A stretch of 64,000 nucleotides of DNA from Acidimicrobiales bacterium (lineage in GTDB: Bacteria; Actinomycetota; Acidimicrobiia; Acidimicrobiales; JAUJNH01). Positions 54,636 through 62,417 of the stretch are shown piece after piece. Where the stretch lies: positions 56 to 64,055 of the forward strand of contig JBBSHM010000005.1 in assembly GCA_038253125.1 (NCBI GenBank). Direction: 5' to 3'. The position numbers and the translations under genes are program-made. The number at the start of each line of letters is the position of its first letter. Position 1 is the first letter of the stretch. The notes under the pieces are model-generated. The model was not told the origin of the DNA and made no database searches. It worked only from the letters and a program-made list of their open reading frames with translations.

Positions 54636-57289
54636 TGCCGACCAAGCCGACGCTCGAGTCGTTCCCGATCACCGTCGACGGGCGCCAGGTCGAGGCGCAC
54701 AAGGGCGAGATGATCATCGCCGCCGCCGAGCGCGGAGGCACCTACATACCCCGGTTCTGCTGGCACCCCCGCATGAAGCCGGTCGGCATGTGCCGCATGT
54801 GCCTGGTCGACGTGAAGGGGCCGCGGGGCTGGGGCCTGGTGCCCGCCTGCTACGTGCCGGTCGGCCCGAACATGGAGGTGAACACCGAGAGCCTCAGGGT
54901 CAAGAAGGCCCAGGACGGGATCCTTGAGTTCCTCCTCATCAACCACCCGCTCGACTGCCCCGTGTGCGACAAGGGCGGCGAGTGCCCGCTGCAGGACCAC
55001 ACCCTGGCCTTCGGCCCGGGCGAGACCCGCATGGCCGAGGAGAAGCGCCACTTCGAGAAGCCGATCCCGATCAGCGACCTGGTCCTGCTGGACCGTGAGC
55101 GCTGCATCATGTGCGCCCGCTGCACCCGCTTCGCCGACGAGGTGGCCGGCGACCCCTTCATCCAGATCATCGACCGGGGCAACGGCTCGCAGATCAACGT
55201 CTTCCCCGAGGATCCCTTCGCCTCGTACTTCTCCGGCAACACCGTGCAGATCTGCCCGGTCGGGGCCCTCACCGCCGCCCCCTACCGCTTCAAGGCCCGG
55301 CCGTGGGACCTCGACCAGGTCGAGAGCACCTGCACGGTCTGCGCCGTCGGCTGCCGGGTCGCCCTCCAGTCGTCGTCGAACCGGCTGACCCGGATGCTCG
55401 GCCTGGACTCGGAGCCGGTGAACCAGGGCTGGCTGTGCGACAAGGGCCGCTTCTCCATCGACGCGCTGAACTCCGAGAACCGCCTGTCGACCCCGCTGAT
55501 CCGCCGCGATGGCGAGCTGATCGAGGCGACATGGAGCGAGGCCCTCGACGCCGCCGCCGCTGGCCTGCGCTCGGCCCGCGACATGCACGGGCCTGCCACC
55601 CTGGCCGTGATCGGCGGCGCCCGCCTGGCCGACGAGGACGCCTACGCCTGGGCCAAGCTGGCCAAGGGGGTGCTCGGCACCGACAACGTCGACTGCCAGA
55701 TGGGCGACGGGCTGCCGGCCGAGGTGGTCCTCGGGCTGCCGCGTGCCACCATCGACGACGCCGCCTGGGCCGACACCGTAGTCCTCCTAGGTCCTGACCT
55801 GAAGGAGGAGCTGCCGGTCCTGCACCTGCGCCTGCGCGAGGCGGCCCGCGACCACGGGGTCAAGCTCGTCGAGCTGTCGTCGCGGGCCACCGGGCTCGCC
55901 CCTGACGCCGCCGTCAGCCTGCGCCACCAGCCCGGCGCCGCCTCTGTGGTGATGGCTGCGTTGCTCGCCGAGCACGACCCCACCGAGTCGGTGGCCGGCA
56001 TCGCCGCCGAGGTGGTCAAGCGGGCCCGCCTGCTGCTGGCCGCCGACCGCTCGGTCGTCGTGGTACTGGGCCGGGGGTCGATGGCCGAGTCGGCCGAGCC
56101 CACCGTGCAGGCCGCCCTGGCCTTGCACGAGGCCCGGCCGTCGGCCGCCTTCCTGCCCGCGCTGCGCCGTGGCAACGTCAACGGGGCGCTGGAGCTGGGC
56201 CTGGCTCCCGGGGTTCTGCCCGGCGCCACCTCGCTTGGTGACGGTGCCGCCTGTTTCACCGAGGCATGGGGATCGGTGCCGGCCGATCGGGGGATGGACA
56301 CCACGGCGACGCTGGCCGAGGCCGCCGAGGGCCGCCTGCACGGCCTGGTGCTGCTCGGCGCCGACCCGCTCACCGACCACCCCGACCGTTTGCTGGCCCG
56401 CCGGGGCCTGTCGGGCGCCGGCTTCATCGTCGCCGTGGATGCCTTCCGCACCGCCTCGGTGGAGCAGGCCGACGTCGTGCTGCCGGTGGCCATCTGGGGC
56501 GAACGGGCCGGCACCACCACGAACATCGAGGGCCGGGTCAGCCGCCTGGGCCAGAAGGTCGTGCCGCCGGGGGTGGCCTGGGCCGACTGGATGGTGGCGT
56601 CCGAGCTGGCATCGGCCCTGGGCTCCGACCTGGGGCTCGAGTCGCTTACCGGCATCGCCGTCGAGATCGAGCGGCTGGCTCCGTCCCGGGCCGGCCTCAC
56701 GCCGGCCCGCATCGAGGGCCGGGCCGCTCGTGACGGTCTCGTCGTCCCGCTTGAAACCGCCGACCCGCCGGTGCCGCCCACCGAGATCGAGGCCAACGAC
56801 GACCCCGGCGTGGCTGCGGTGCAGTCCCACGTCGAGAGCGGCGCCCCCGCTGGCGTCGGCGGGGACACCGGCGGCGTTCCCGGCAGCAGGGTCGCGCCGG
56901 CGATGACGGCTCCGGCCCCCGCCAGGGTGCGCCCCCCGGCGGCCACCAGAGCCGCGGTGGTGAAGACCGACGCCTACAAGCTGCGCCTGATCTCCTCACG
57001 CACCCTCTACGACGGTGGCACGACCGTGCAGGAGAGCGGCGCCCTGGCCAAGCTGGCGGCCCGGCCCGGCCTGCACGTGCACCCGTCGGACATCAACCGG
57101 TTCTCGCTCGGCGACGGCGAGCCGGTGCGGGTGACCAGCAGCCGGTCCGTCACCACCCTCACCGTGGTGGCCGACCCGGGGCTGCCCCGGGGTGCGTGCT
57201 GGCTCGGGTTCAACCTGGGCACCCCGGGAGCGGCCGACCTCATCGACGCCGCCGAGCCGGTCACCGACCTGGCGGTCGAGTCGGCATGA
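54635..57289 (+). CDS. nuoG: NADH-quinone oxidoreductase subunit G
   Basis: The track ORF was trimmed to MPTKPTLESF. Contains CWHPRMKPVGMCRMCLV, NHPLDCPVCDKGGECPLQD and CIMCARCTRF, followed by a molybdopterin-like domain. Confidence 0.95.
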   Translation: MPTKPTLESFPITVDGRQVEAHKGEMIIAAAERGGTYIPRFCWHPRMKPVGMCRMCLVDVKGPRGWGLVPACYVPVGPNMEVNTESLRVKKAQDGILEFLLINHPLDCPVCDKGGECPLQDHTLAFGPGETRMAEEKRHFEKPIPISDLVLLDRERCIMCARCTRFADEVAGDPFIQIIDRGNGSQINVFPEDPFASYFSGNTVQICPVGALTAAPYRFKARPWDLDQVESTCTVCAVGCRVALQSSSNRLTRMLGLDSEPVNQGWLCDKGRFSIDALNSENRLSTPLIRRDGELIEATWSEALDAAAAGLRSARDMHGPATLAVIGGARLADEDAYAWAKLAKGVLGTDNVDCQMGDGLPAEVVLGLPRATIDDAAWADTVVLLGPDLKEELPVLHLRLREAARDHGVKLVELSSRATGLAPDAAVSLRHQPGAASVVMAALLAEHDPTESVAGIAAEVVKRARLLLAADRSVVVVLGRGSMAESAEPTVQAALALHEARPSAAFLPALRRGNVNGALELGLAPGVLPGATSLGDGAACFTEAWGSVPADRGMDTTATLAEAAEGRLHGLVLLGADPLTDHPDRLLARRGLSGAGFIVAVDAFRTASVEQADVVLPVAIWGERAGTTTNIEGRVSRLGQKVVPPGVAWADWMVASELASALGSDLGLESLTGIAVEIERLAPSRAGLTPARIEGRAARDGLVVPLETADPPVPPTEIEANDDPGVAAVQSHVESGAPAGVGGDTGGVPGSRVAPAMTAPAPARVRPPAATRAAVVKTDAYKLRLISSRTLYDGGTTVQESGALAKLAARPGLHVHPSDINRFSLGDGEPVRVTSSRSVTTLTVVADPGLPRGACWLGFNLGTPGAADLIDAAEPVTDLAVESA

Positions 57290-57317
57290 CACCGACCGAT
57301 CGGCCGGGAGGTGCCCG

Positions 57318-58571
57318 ATGATCACCTCGCTGCTCGCCGCCGGCGACCCGCTGTTCGACAACGGCATCGACGGCGCCGTCATCCTGATCGTGGCCATCAA
57401 GTGCCTGATCGGGTTCGTGGTCTACCTCACCGCCGTCGCCAACATGATCTGGTTCGAGCGCAAGGTCATCAGCTTCATGCAGAACCGGATCGGCCCCAAT
57501 CGGGCCGGGCCGATCGGCCTGCTGCAGACCGTCGCCGACGGCATCAAGCTGTTCACCAAGGAGCCCCTGCTGCCGGCCAAGGCCGACAAGGCCGTCTTCA
57601 ACCTGGCCCCATGGCTCACCGCCGTGCCGGCCGTGGTGGCGTTCTCGATCATCCCGTTCTCCGTGCACCCGATCTCCATCCTGGGCAAGCAGACCCGCCT
57701 GCAGATCGCCGACCCGTCATGGGGGATCCTGCTGCTGCTGGTGTGCTCGTCCATCGCGGTGTACGGCGTGATGCTGGCCGGCTGGGCGTCCGGCTCGAAG
57801 TACCCGCTGCTGGGCTCGGTGCGGGCCAGCGCCCAGATGGTCAGCTACGAAGCGGCTCTCGGCCTCACCGTCGTCGCCGTGGTGCTGTTCACCGGCTCGC
57901 TCCTCACCAGCGACATCGTGATCAGCCAGGCGGCGGCGGGAGCCTTCGGCTACCTGCCCAACTGGAACATCCTGCGGCTCGGCTTCGTGCCGTTCTTCAT
58001 CTTCGTGGTGGCCGCCACGGCCGAGCTGAACCGACCACCGTTCGACCTGGTCGAGGCCGAACAGGAGCTCGTCGGCGGCTACATGACCGAGTACTCGGCC
58101 GGCGGCTTCATGCTGTTCTACTTTGCCGAGTTCGGGAACACCGTGACGATGTCGGCGATCATCGTGACCCTGTTCCTGGGTGGCCCGGCCGGCCCGGTCC
58201 CGATTGGCCCGGCGTGGCTGTGGGGTCTGGCCTGGTTCTTCGCCAAGCTCCTGGTCTTCCTCTTCATGTACGTGTGGCTGCGAGCCACCCTGCCCCGCTT
58301 CCGCTACGACCAGCTGATGGACCTCGGCTGGAAGAAGCTGATCCCGACCAGCCTGGTGTGGCTCCTGGCCCTGGCGGCCCTGAAGTCGACCGAGGGGGAC
58401 AGCGGCAGCCGGCAGGCCGTCATCGTGGCCTCGGTGCTGCTCGGGGGCCTGCTCACCTACGGGCTGCTGGGCCGGGCGGTACGGGTCGGGCGGCAACGCT
58501 CCAGCGAAGAGGAGGCACCGGTGGAACCCGAACGAGAGCTGCAATCCCGCACCCGGCGAGGAACCCCCTGA
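57318..58571 (+). CDS. nuoH: NADH-quinone oxidoreductase subunit H
   Basis: The track ORF was trimmed to MITSLLAAG. Contains WFERKVISFMQNRIGPNRAGP, AELNRPPFDLVEAEQELV and LPRFRYDQLM. Confidence 0.95.
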   Translation: MITSLLAAGDPLFDNGIDGAVILIVAIKCLIGFVVYLTAVANMIWFERKVISFMQNRIGPNRAGPIGLLQTVADGIKLFTKEPLLPAKADKAVFNLAPWLTAVPAVVAFSIIPFSVHPISILGKQTRLQIADPSWGILLLLVCSSIAVYGVMLAGWASGSKYPLLGSVRASAQMVSYEAALGLTVVAVVLFTGSLLTSDIVISQAAAGAFGYLPNWNILRLGFVPFFIFVVAATAELNRPPFDLVEAEQELVGGYMTEYSAGGFMLFYFAEFGNTVTMSAIIVTLFLGGPAGPVPIGPAWLWGLAWFFAKLLVFLFMYVWLRATLPRFRYDQLMDLGWKKLIPTSLVWLLALAALKSTEGDSGSRQAVIVASVLLGGLLTYGLLGRAVRVGRQRSSEEEAPVEPERELQSRTRRGTP

Positions 58572-59203
58572 TGGGCTACTTCGAGGGCTTCGCCATCACG
58601 GCCCGCCAGATCGGGCACACGATCACCGTCCAGTACCCCGAGCACAAGCGCCCGAAGCCGGAGCGCTTCCACGGCCGCCACGTCCTCAACCGCTACGAGG
58701 ACGGCATGGAGAAGTGCATCGGCTGCGAGCTGTGCGCCGGCGTGTGCCCGGCCCGCTGCATCTACGTGCGGGGTGCCGACAACCCGCCCGACGCCCCCGT
58801 CTCGCCCGGTGAGCGGTACGGCTACGTCTATGAGATCAACTACCTGCGCTGCATCCACTGCGATCTGTGCGTCGAGGCCTGCCCCACCGAGGCCATCACC
58901 GAGTCGAAGCTGTTCGAGTTCTCGTTCACCAACCGTGAGGACGCCATCTACGGCAAGGACGAGCTGGTGGTCGATGACGACGGCAAGCCGAAGCAGCTGG
59001 CCTGGGAGGACTGGAACGAGACCTCCATCGAGGACACCTCGGCGTGGGTGCGGGCCACCTCGCCGGGTGGCGACGCCAGCTTCGAGGGCAGCATCCTGTG
59101 GTCGGGCGAGCTGGGCTTCGGCCTGAAGCCGGCCGAGGCCGCCCAGCAGAGCCATCCAGGCCACCCCCGCCCTGCGGCGCCGGGCGGCGAGGGTCACCAC
59201 TGA
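58571..59203 (+). CDS. nuoI: NADH-quinone oxidoreductase subunit I
   Basis: The ATG overlaps the nuoH stop. CIGCELCAGVCP and CIHCDLCVEACP. C-terminal extension of about 60 aa. Confidence 0.95.
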   Translation: MGYFEGFAITARQIGHTITVQYPEHKRPKPERFHGRHVLNRYEDGMEKCIGCELCAGVCPARCIYVRGADNPPDAPVSPGERYGYVYEINYLRCIHCDLCVEACPTEAITESKLFEFSFTNREDAIYGKDELVVDDDGKPKQLAWEDWNETSIEDTSAWVRATSPGGDASFEGSILWSGELGFGLKPAEAAQQSHPGHPRPAAPGGEGHH

Positions 59204-59805
59204 TGCTGCTGGCCGCCAAGTTCGCCTCGGTCGACAACGTGGTGTTCGTCGTCGGGGCCATCGTCGCCCTGGTCGGCGCCTTCTTCGTGGTGACCAGCCG
59301 CAACCCGGTTCACTCGGCCCTGAACCTGGTGGTCACCCTGTTCGGCGTCGCCGTGCTGTTCGTCAGCCTGCACGCCACGTTCCTGGCCGCCGTCCAGGTG
59401 ATCGTCTACGCCGGCGCCATCGTCGTGCTGTTCCTGTTCGTCATCATGCTGCTCGGCGTCGACCGTGAGGACGCGCTCGAAGCCGAGCCGCTCAAGGGTC
59501 AGCGGCCGGTGGCCGCCGCCCTCGGCGCCCTGCTCCTCGGCGAGCTGGCCCTGCTCAGCAGCATGCGCTTCAGCACCCCAGCACCCGAGGCGGTGGCCGA
59601 CGCCATCACCCCGGTGGCAGCCGACAAGACCAACGTCGAGCAGCTGGCCGAGGCCATCTTCACCCGTTACCTGCTGGCCTTTGAGATCACCTCGGTCCTG
59701 CTCGTGATCGCCGTCGTCGGCGCCGTCGTGCTGGCCCGCAAACCCGGCCACGAGGTCGACCTCCTGGCCGAGACCCCCGACCAGCCCGTCGAGGTGGGAG
59801 CATGA
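59203..59805 (+). CDS. nuoJ: NADH-quinone oxidoreductase subunit J
   Basis: The ATG overlaps the nuoI stop. [13 protein letters not shown] and [21 protein letters not shown]. Confidence 0.9.
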   Translation: MLLAAKFASVDNVVFVVGAIVALVGAFFVVTSRNPVHSALNLVVTLFGVAVLFVSLHATFLAAVQVIVYAGAIVVLFLFVIMLLGVDREDALEAEPLKGQRPVAAALGALLLGELALLSSMRFSTPAPEAVADAITPVAADKTNVEQLAEAIFTRYLLAFEITSVLLVIAVVGAVVLARKPGHEVDLLAETPDQPVEVGA

Positions 59806-60149
59806 GCGCCACAGGCCTCCTGGCCGTGGCCGACCGGGCCCCTTCGGTGGGTCACGGCGCCTACCTGATCATCGCCGCCCTCCTGTTCACGATCGGGGCC
59901 GTCGGCGTGCTCGTCCGTCGCAACGTCCTGGTGATGTTCATGTGCGTCGAGCTGATGCTGAACGCCGTCAACCTCTCCTTCGTCGCCTTTGCCAGCCGCC
60001 TCGGCGACACCAACGGCCAGGTCGCCGTCTTCTTCACCCTCGTCGTCGCCGCCGCCGAGGTGGTGGTCGGCCTCGGGATCGTCGTCGCCATCTTCCGTCG
60101 CCACAAGGGCACCGCCACCGCCGACGACCTCCACATCCTTAGGGGCTGA
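59802..60149 (+). CDS. nuoK: NADH-quinone oxidoreductase subunit K
   Basis: [23 protein letters not shown] and [13 protein letters not shown]. Confidence 0.9.
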   Translation: MSATGLLAVADRAPSVGHGAYLIIAALLFTIGAVGVLVRRNVLVMFMCVELMLNAVNLSFVAFASRLGDTNGQVAVFFTLVVAAAEVVVGLGIVVAIFRRHKGTATADDLHILRG

Positions 60150-60150
60150 C

Positions 60151-60170
60151 GCCCCCCGGCGGGGGATTTC
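60151..60170 (+). terminator. short GC hairpin (CCCCC-GGC-GGGGG) followed by ATTTC, just after nuoK
   Basis: Read from the sequence 2 nt after the nuoK stop. The stem is short and the T tract weak. Confidence 0.25.
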
Positions 60171-60239
60171 CTCCGACCGGCGCTACTTGACCCAACCTGC
60201 GCAAGCATGACCGGGACACCGCGGCACCACCTCCGTCGA

Positions 60240-60626
60240 TCAGGATCGGAGGTCGAGCCAACGCCAGGCGGATCCGTCGAGGAGCAGCTCCGGATCGCCG
60301 GTCCAGAGCTCGGCGTCCTGGGCGACGGTGAGGGCAGCAGCGAAGGCATCGGCGTAGGCCATCGGGTGGTCGGCTTTGATCCGAGCGGCGTCGAGGATGA
60401 TCCGCTCGTCGGGGAGCCGGGCGTCGATCACATCACGCAGGTCGCGGACGGTCTCGATGGCGTCGTCCTCACCTTTGAGGCGCCGCAGCACGTAGTGGAC
60501 CTCCCCGAGGTTGATCCACGAGATCAGCGGCTTCTCGTGGTCGAGGAGGTCCGCCACCGCCTCTGCAGTCGGGTGTGCGTCCTCGAGGTAGCGAAGCACC
60601 GCCCACGAGTCGAGGACGACGGTCAT
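60240..60626 (-). CDS. PIN-domain toxin (VapC-like)
   Basis: The track ORF was trimmed to MTVVLDSWAVL. Acidic residues at D (VLDS), E (LGEV) and D (YADAF), and TGDPEL near the C-terminus. Confidence 0.8.
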   Translation of the reverse strand: MTVVLDSWAVLRYLEDAHPTAEAVADLLDHEKPLISWINLGEVHYVLRRLKGEDDAIETVRDLRDVIDARLPDERIILDAARIKADHPMAYADAFAAALTVAQDAELWTGDPELLLDGSAWRWLDLRS

Positions 60627-60852
60627 CGTGCTCCTTCTCGGGCCGATCGGCTGCCCGTTCACGCTCCAGCTCCTCGCTCAGCGCGAAGCCTCGGAAGCGG
60701 CCCCGCAGGGGAGGGCGGTGATCAGCTGGGCGGACCGCGACGTGGTCGTCGTGGAGCCAGAAGCTGACCTCGTCGCCCGGCTCGATGCCGAGCTCGTCAC
60801 GAAGCTCCTTCGGGATGACGACCTGCCCCTTCGGCCCGATTCGATGAGTCAT
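60469..60852 (-). CDS. AbrB/SpoVT/MazE-type antitoxin (VapB-like); 3' end uncertain
   Basis: MTHRIGPKGQVVIPKELRDELGIEPGDEVSFWLHDD is the swapped-hairpin AbrB fold. The ORF has no stop before 60469, so it overlaps the PIN gene start (60626) by 157 nt. Confidence 0.65.
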   Translation of the reverse strand: MTHRIGPKGQVVIPKELRDELGIEPGDEVSFWLHDDHVAVRPADHRPPLRGRFRGFALSEELERERAADRPEKEHDDRRPRLVGGASLPRGRTPDCRGGGGPPRPREAADLVDQPRGGPLRAAAPQR

Positions 60853-60885
60853 ACCGGGCAGTATAACGTCGGGGTATGTGTTCGG

Positions 60886-61128
60886 TCAGAGGGCTTCCGG
60901 GGTCGGTTCGTCGGGCTCGTTCCAGCCTTCCAGGTCGGCGGCTGGTCGAGCGCGGGGGAGGGCGCCGGCTTGGTGGGCGAAGCGCTGGGCCTCGGCCAGC
61001 CAGGCCAGGCGTTGGGCGGGGGTTGTGGCCGCCCAGTGCGCAGCCTGGGCCTTCCTGGTCGCCTCGAAGCCGAGATCAGGCGGTAGGCCCTGGTCGCTGG
61101 CTGGGTCGGTTGGTGGGCTATTGGTCAC
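60886..61128 (-). CDS. small hypothetical protein (80 aa), downstream partner of the nucleotidyltransferase
   Basis: 11-nt overlap with the upstream gene. Sequence ...EATRKAQAAHWAATTPAQRLAWLAEAQRFAHQAG... I recognise no family. Confidence 0.45.
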   Translation of the reverse strand: MTNSPPTDPASDQGLPPDLGFEATRKAQAAHWAATTPAQRLAWLAEAQRFAHQAGALPRARPAADLEGWNEPDEPTPEAL

Positions 61129-61624
61129 GGAGGGCTTCCAACGCCGAGATGTCAGCTAGGTCCTGGGGGCGTCCCGCCTCCCGCTTCATGGCGATCAGGT
61201 GGTCGATGGCGGCGATCCGAACTGTCGTGTCGCCAAGTGGGACGGTCACGGCATTGGACCAGAGGGCCTCGAAGGGCATCGGCGACCGGGCGAACAGGTC
61301 GACCTCCAGGAGGCCACCCTCCGGATCGGTCAAGGTGAACACGACCAGGCTCCGCTCCCTCACCCAGCGTGCCCGGGTCTCAGGGTCGGCGAACGCCACG
61401 GCCGGTACCGGGAGGCGCGGCACCAGACCGAGCTCGGTCAGGCCCTGGATGGCTCGCTTCACCGACTCCACCTCGAGGTCGATCACCAGATCGAGGTCGG
61501 CCGTGAGGCGAGGGTGACCGTGCAGCACCACGGCGACCCCACCCACGATTACGAAGCGGACCTCCGCCTCGGTCAGGGCGACGATCACTTCCTCGAACGT
61601 CACCATGCCAGGGTAGGCAGCCAT
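61118..61624 (-). CDS. nucleotidyltransferase-fold protein (MNT/AbiEii-like, DUF6036-like by recollection)
   Basis: 168 aa. VRFVIVGGVAVVLHGHPRLTADLDLVID shows the G-G...D.D NTase pattern. Also has IDHLIAMKREAGRPQDLADI. Confidence 0.65.
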   Translation of the reverse strand: MAAYPGMVTFEEVIVALTEAEVRFVIVGGVAVVLHGHPRLTADLDLVIDLEVESVKRAIQGLTELGLVPRLPVPAVAFADPETRARWVRERSLVVFTLTDPEGGLLEVDLFARSPMPFEALWSNAVTVPLGDTTVRIAAIDHLIAMKREAGRPQDLADISALEALRDQ

Positions 61625-61706
61625 CTGGGCAGCTCACACTGCACCGGCTCGCCGTTTGCTGCGGCAAGATCAATGTCTCCTGTGACATCGTGGTACACTG
61701 GTTCAC

Positions 61707-61943
61707 GTGTCGACACGCAACATCACGCTGTCGTTGTCGGATGAGCTGGTGCGCAAGGCGAAGGTGTTGGCCGCCCAGCGCGAGACGTCGGTGTCGGGTC
61801 TCGTCGGCTCATTGCTCAGCCAGCTCGTCGGAGACGTAGAGCGGTACGACCAGCTCTGGGCCGACGAGGAGGCGGTGATGGAATCGGCACCGCTCCGGGT
61901 CGGGGCCATCTCGTGCAGTCGCGACGACCTACACCGGCGCTGA
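61707..61943 (+). CDS. ribbon-helix-helix-type antitoxin (VapB-like)
   Basis: 78 aa. MSTRNITLSLSDELVRKAKVLAAQRETSVSGLVGSLL. Lies 3 nt before the PIN gene. Confidence 0.7.
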   Translation: MSTRNITLSLSDELVRKAKVLAAQRETSVSGLVGSLLSQLVGDVERYDQLWADEEAVMESAPLRVGAISCSRDDLHRR

Positions 61944-61946
61944 GCC

Positions 61947-62363
61947 TTGGAGTTCGTCGACACCAACATCCTGCTGTACGCCTACGACGGATCCTCGGCC
62001 GAGCGGCACGAGAAGGCTCGCGAGCTTGTAGGTCGGCTCGGTCGGTCGCGGCAGGGAGCGATCAGCGTGCAGGTCCTCCAGGAGTTCTACGTCAACGCCG
62101 TCGCCAAGATCGCCACCCCGCTCACGCCCGAGGCGGCACGCCTTCGACTGCGGGTGCTCAGCCGGTGGCCCACCCACTCGCCCCTGGCCGGCGACGTCAT
62201 GGCGGCGACGGCAATCAGCCAGGACCACAAGGTGTCGTTCTGGGATGCCATGATCATCCGCAGCGCCACCGAGCTCGGCTGCACCCGTTTGTGGACCGAA
62301 GACCTCAACCACGGCCAGGTCATCGTCGGCGTCCGGATCATCAACCCCTTCGCCACGAGGTAG
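61947..62363 (+). CDS. PIN-domain toxin (VapC-like)
   Basis: 138 aa. FVDTNILLYA (first Asp), VLQEF (Glu), FWDAMI (Asp), and LWTEDLNHGQ. Confidence 0.85.
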   Translation: MEFVDTNILLYAYDGSSAERHEKARELVGRLGRSRQGAISVQVLQEFYVNAVAKIATPLTPEAARLRLRVLSRWPTHSPLAGDVMAATAISQDHKVSFWDAMIIRSATELGCTRLWTEDLNHGQVIVGVRIINPFATR

Positions 62364-62417
62364 CTCCGGTCGGCTCTCGCCTGCGGCCCGGTTCCTTCAC
62401 TAAGGTCCGCGGGCGAC

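Noticed and set aside
60171-62375. Possible terminal repeats of the nuoK-nuoL island (CTCCGACCGG near 60171 and CTCCGGTCGG near 62366).
   Set aside because: The complementary core is only about 8 bp. That is not significant at this GC content, and there is no clear target-site duplication.
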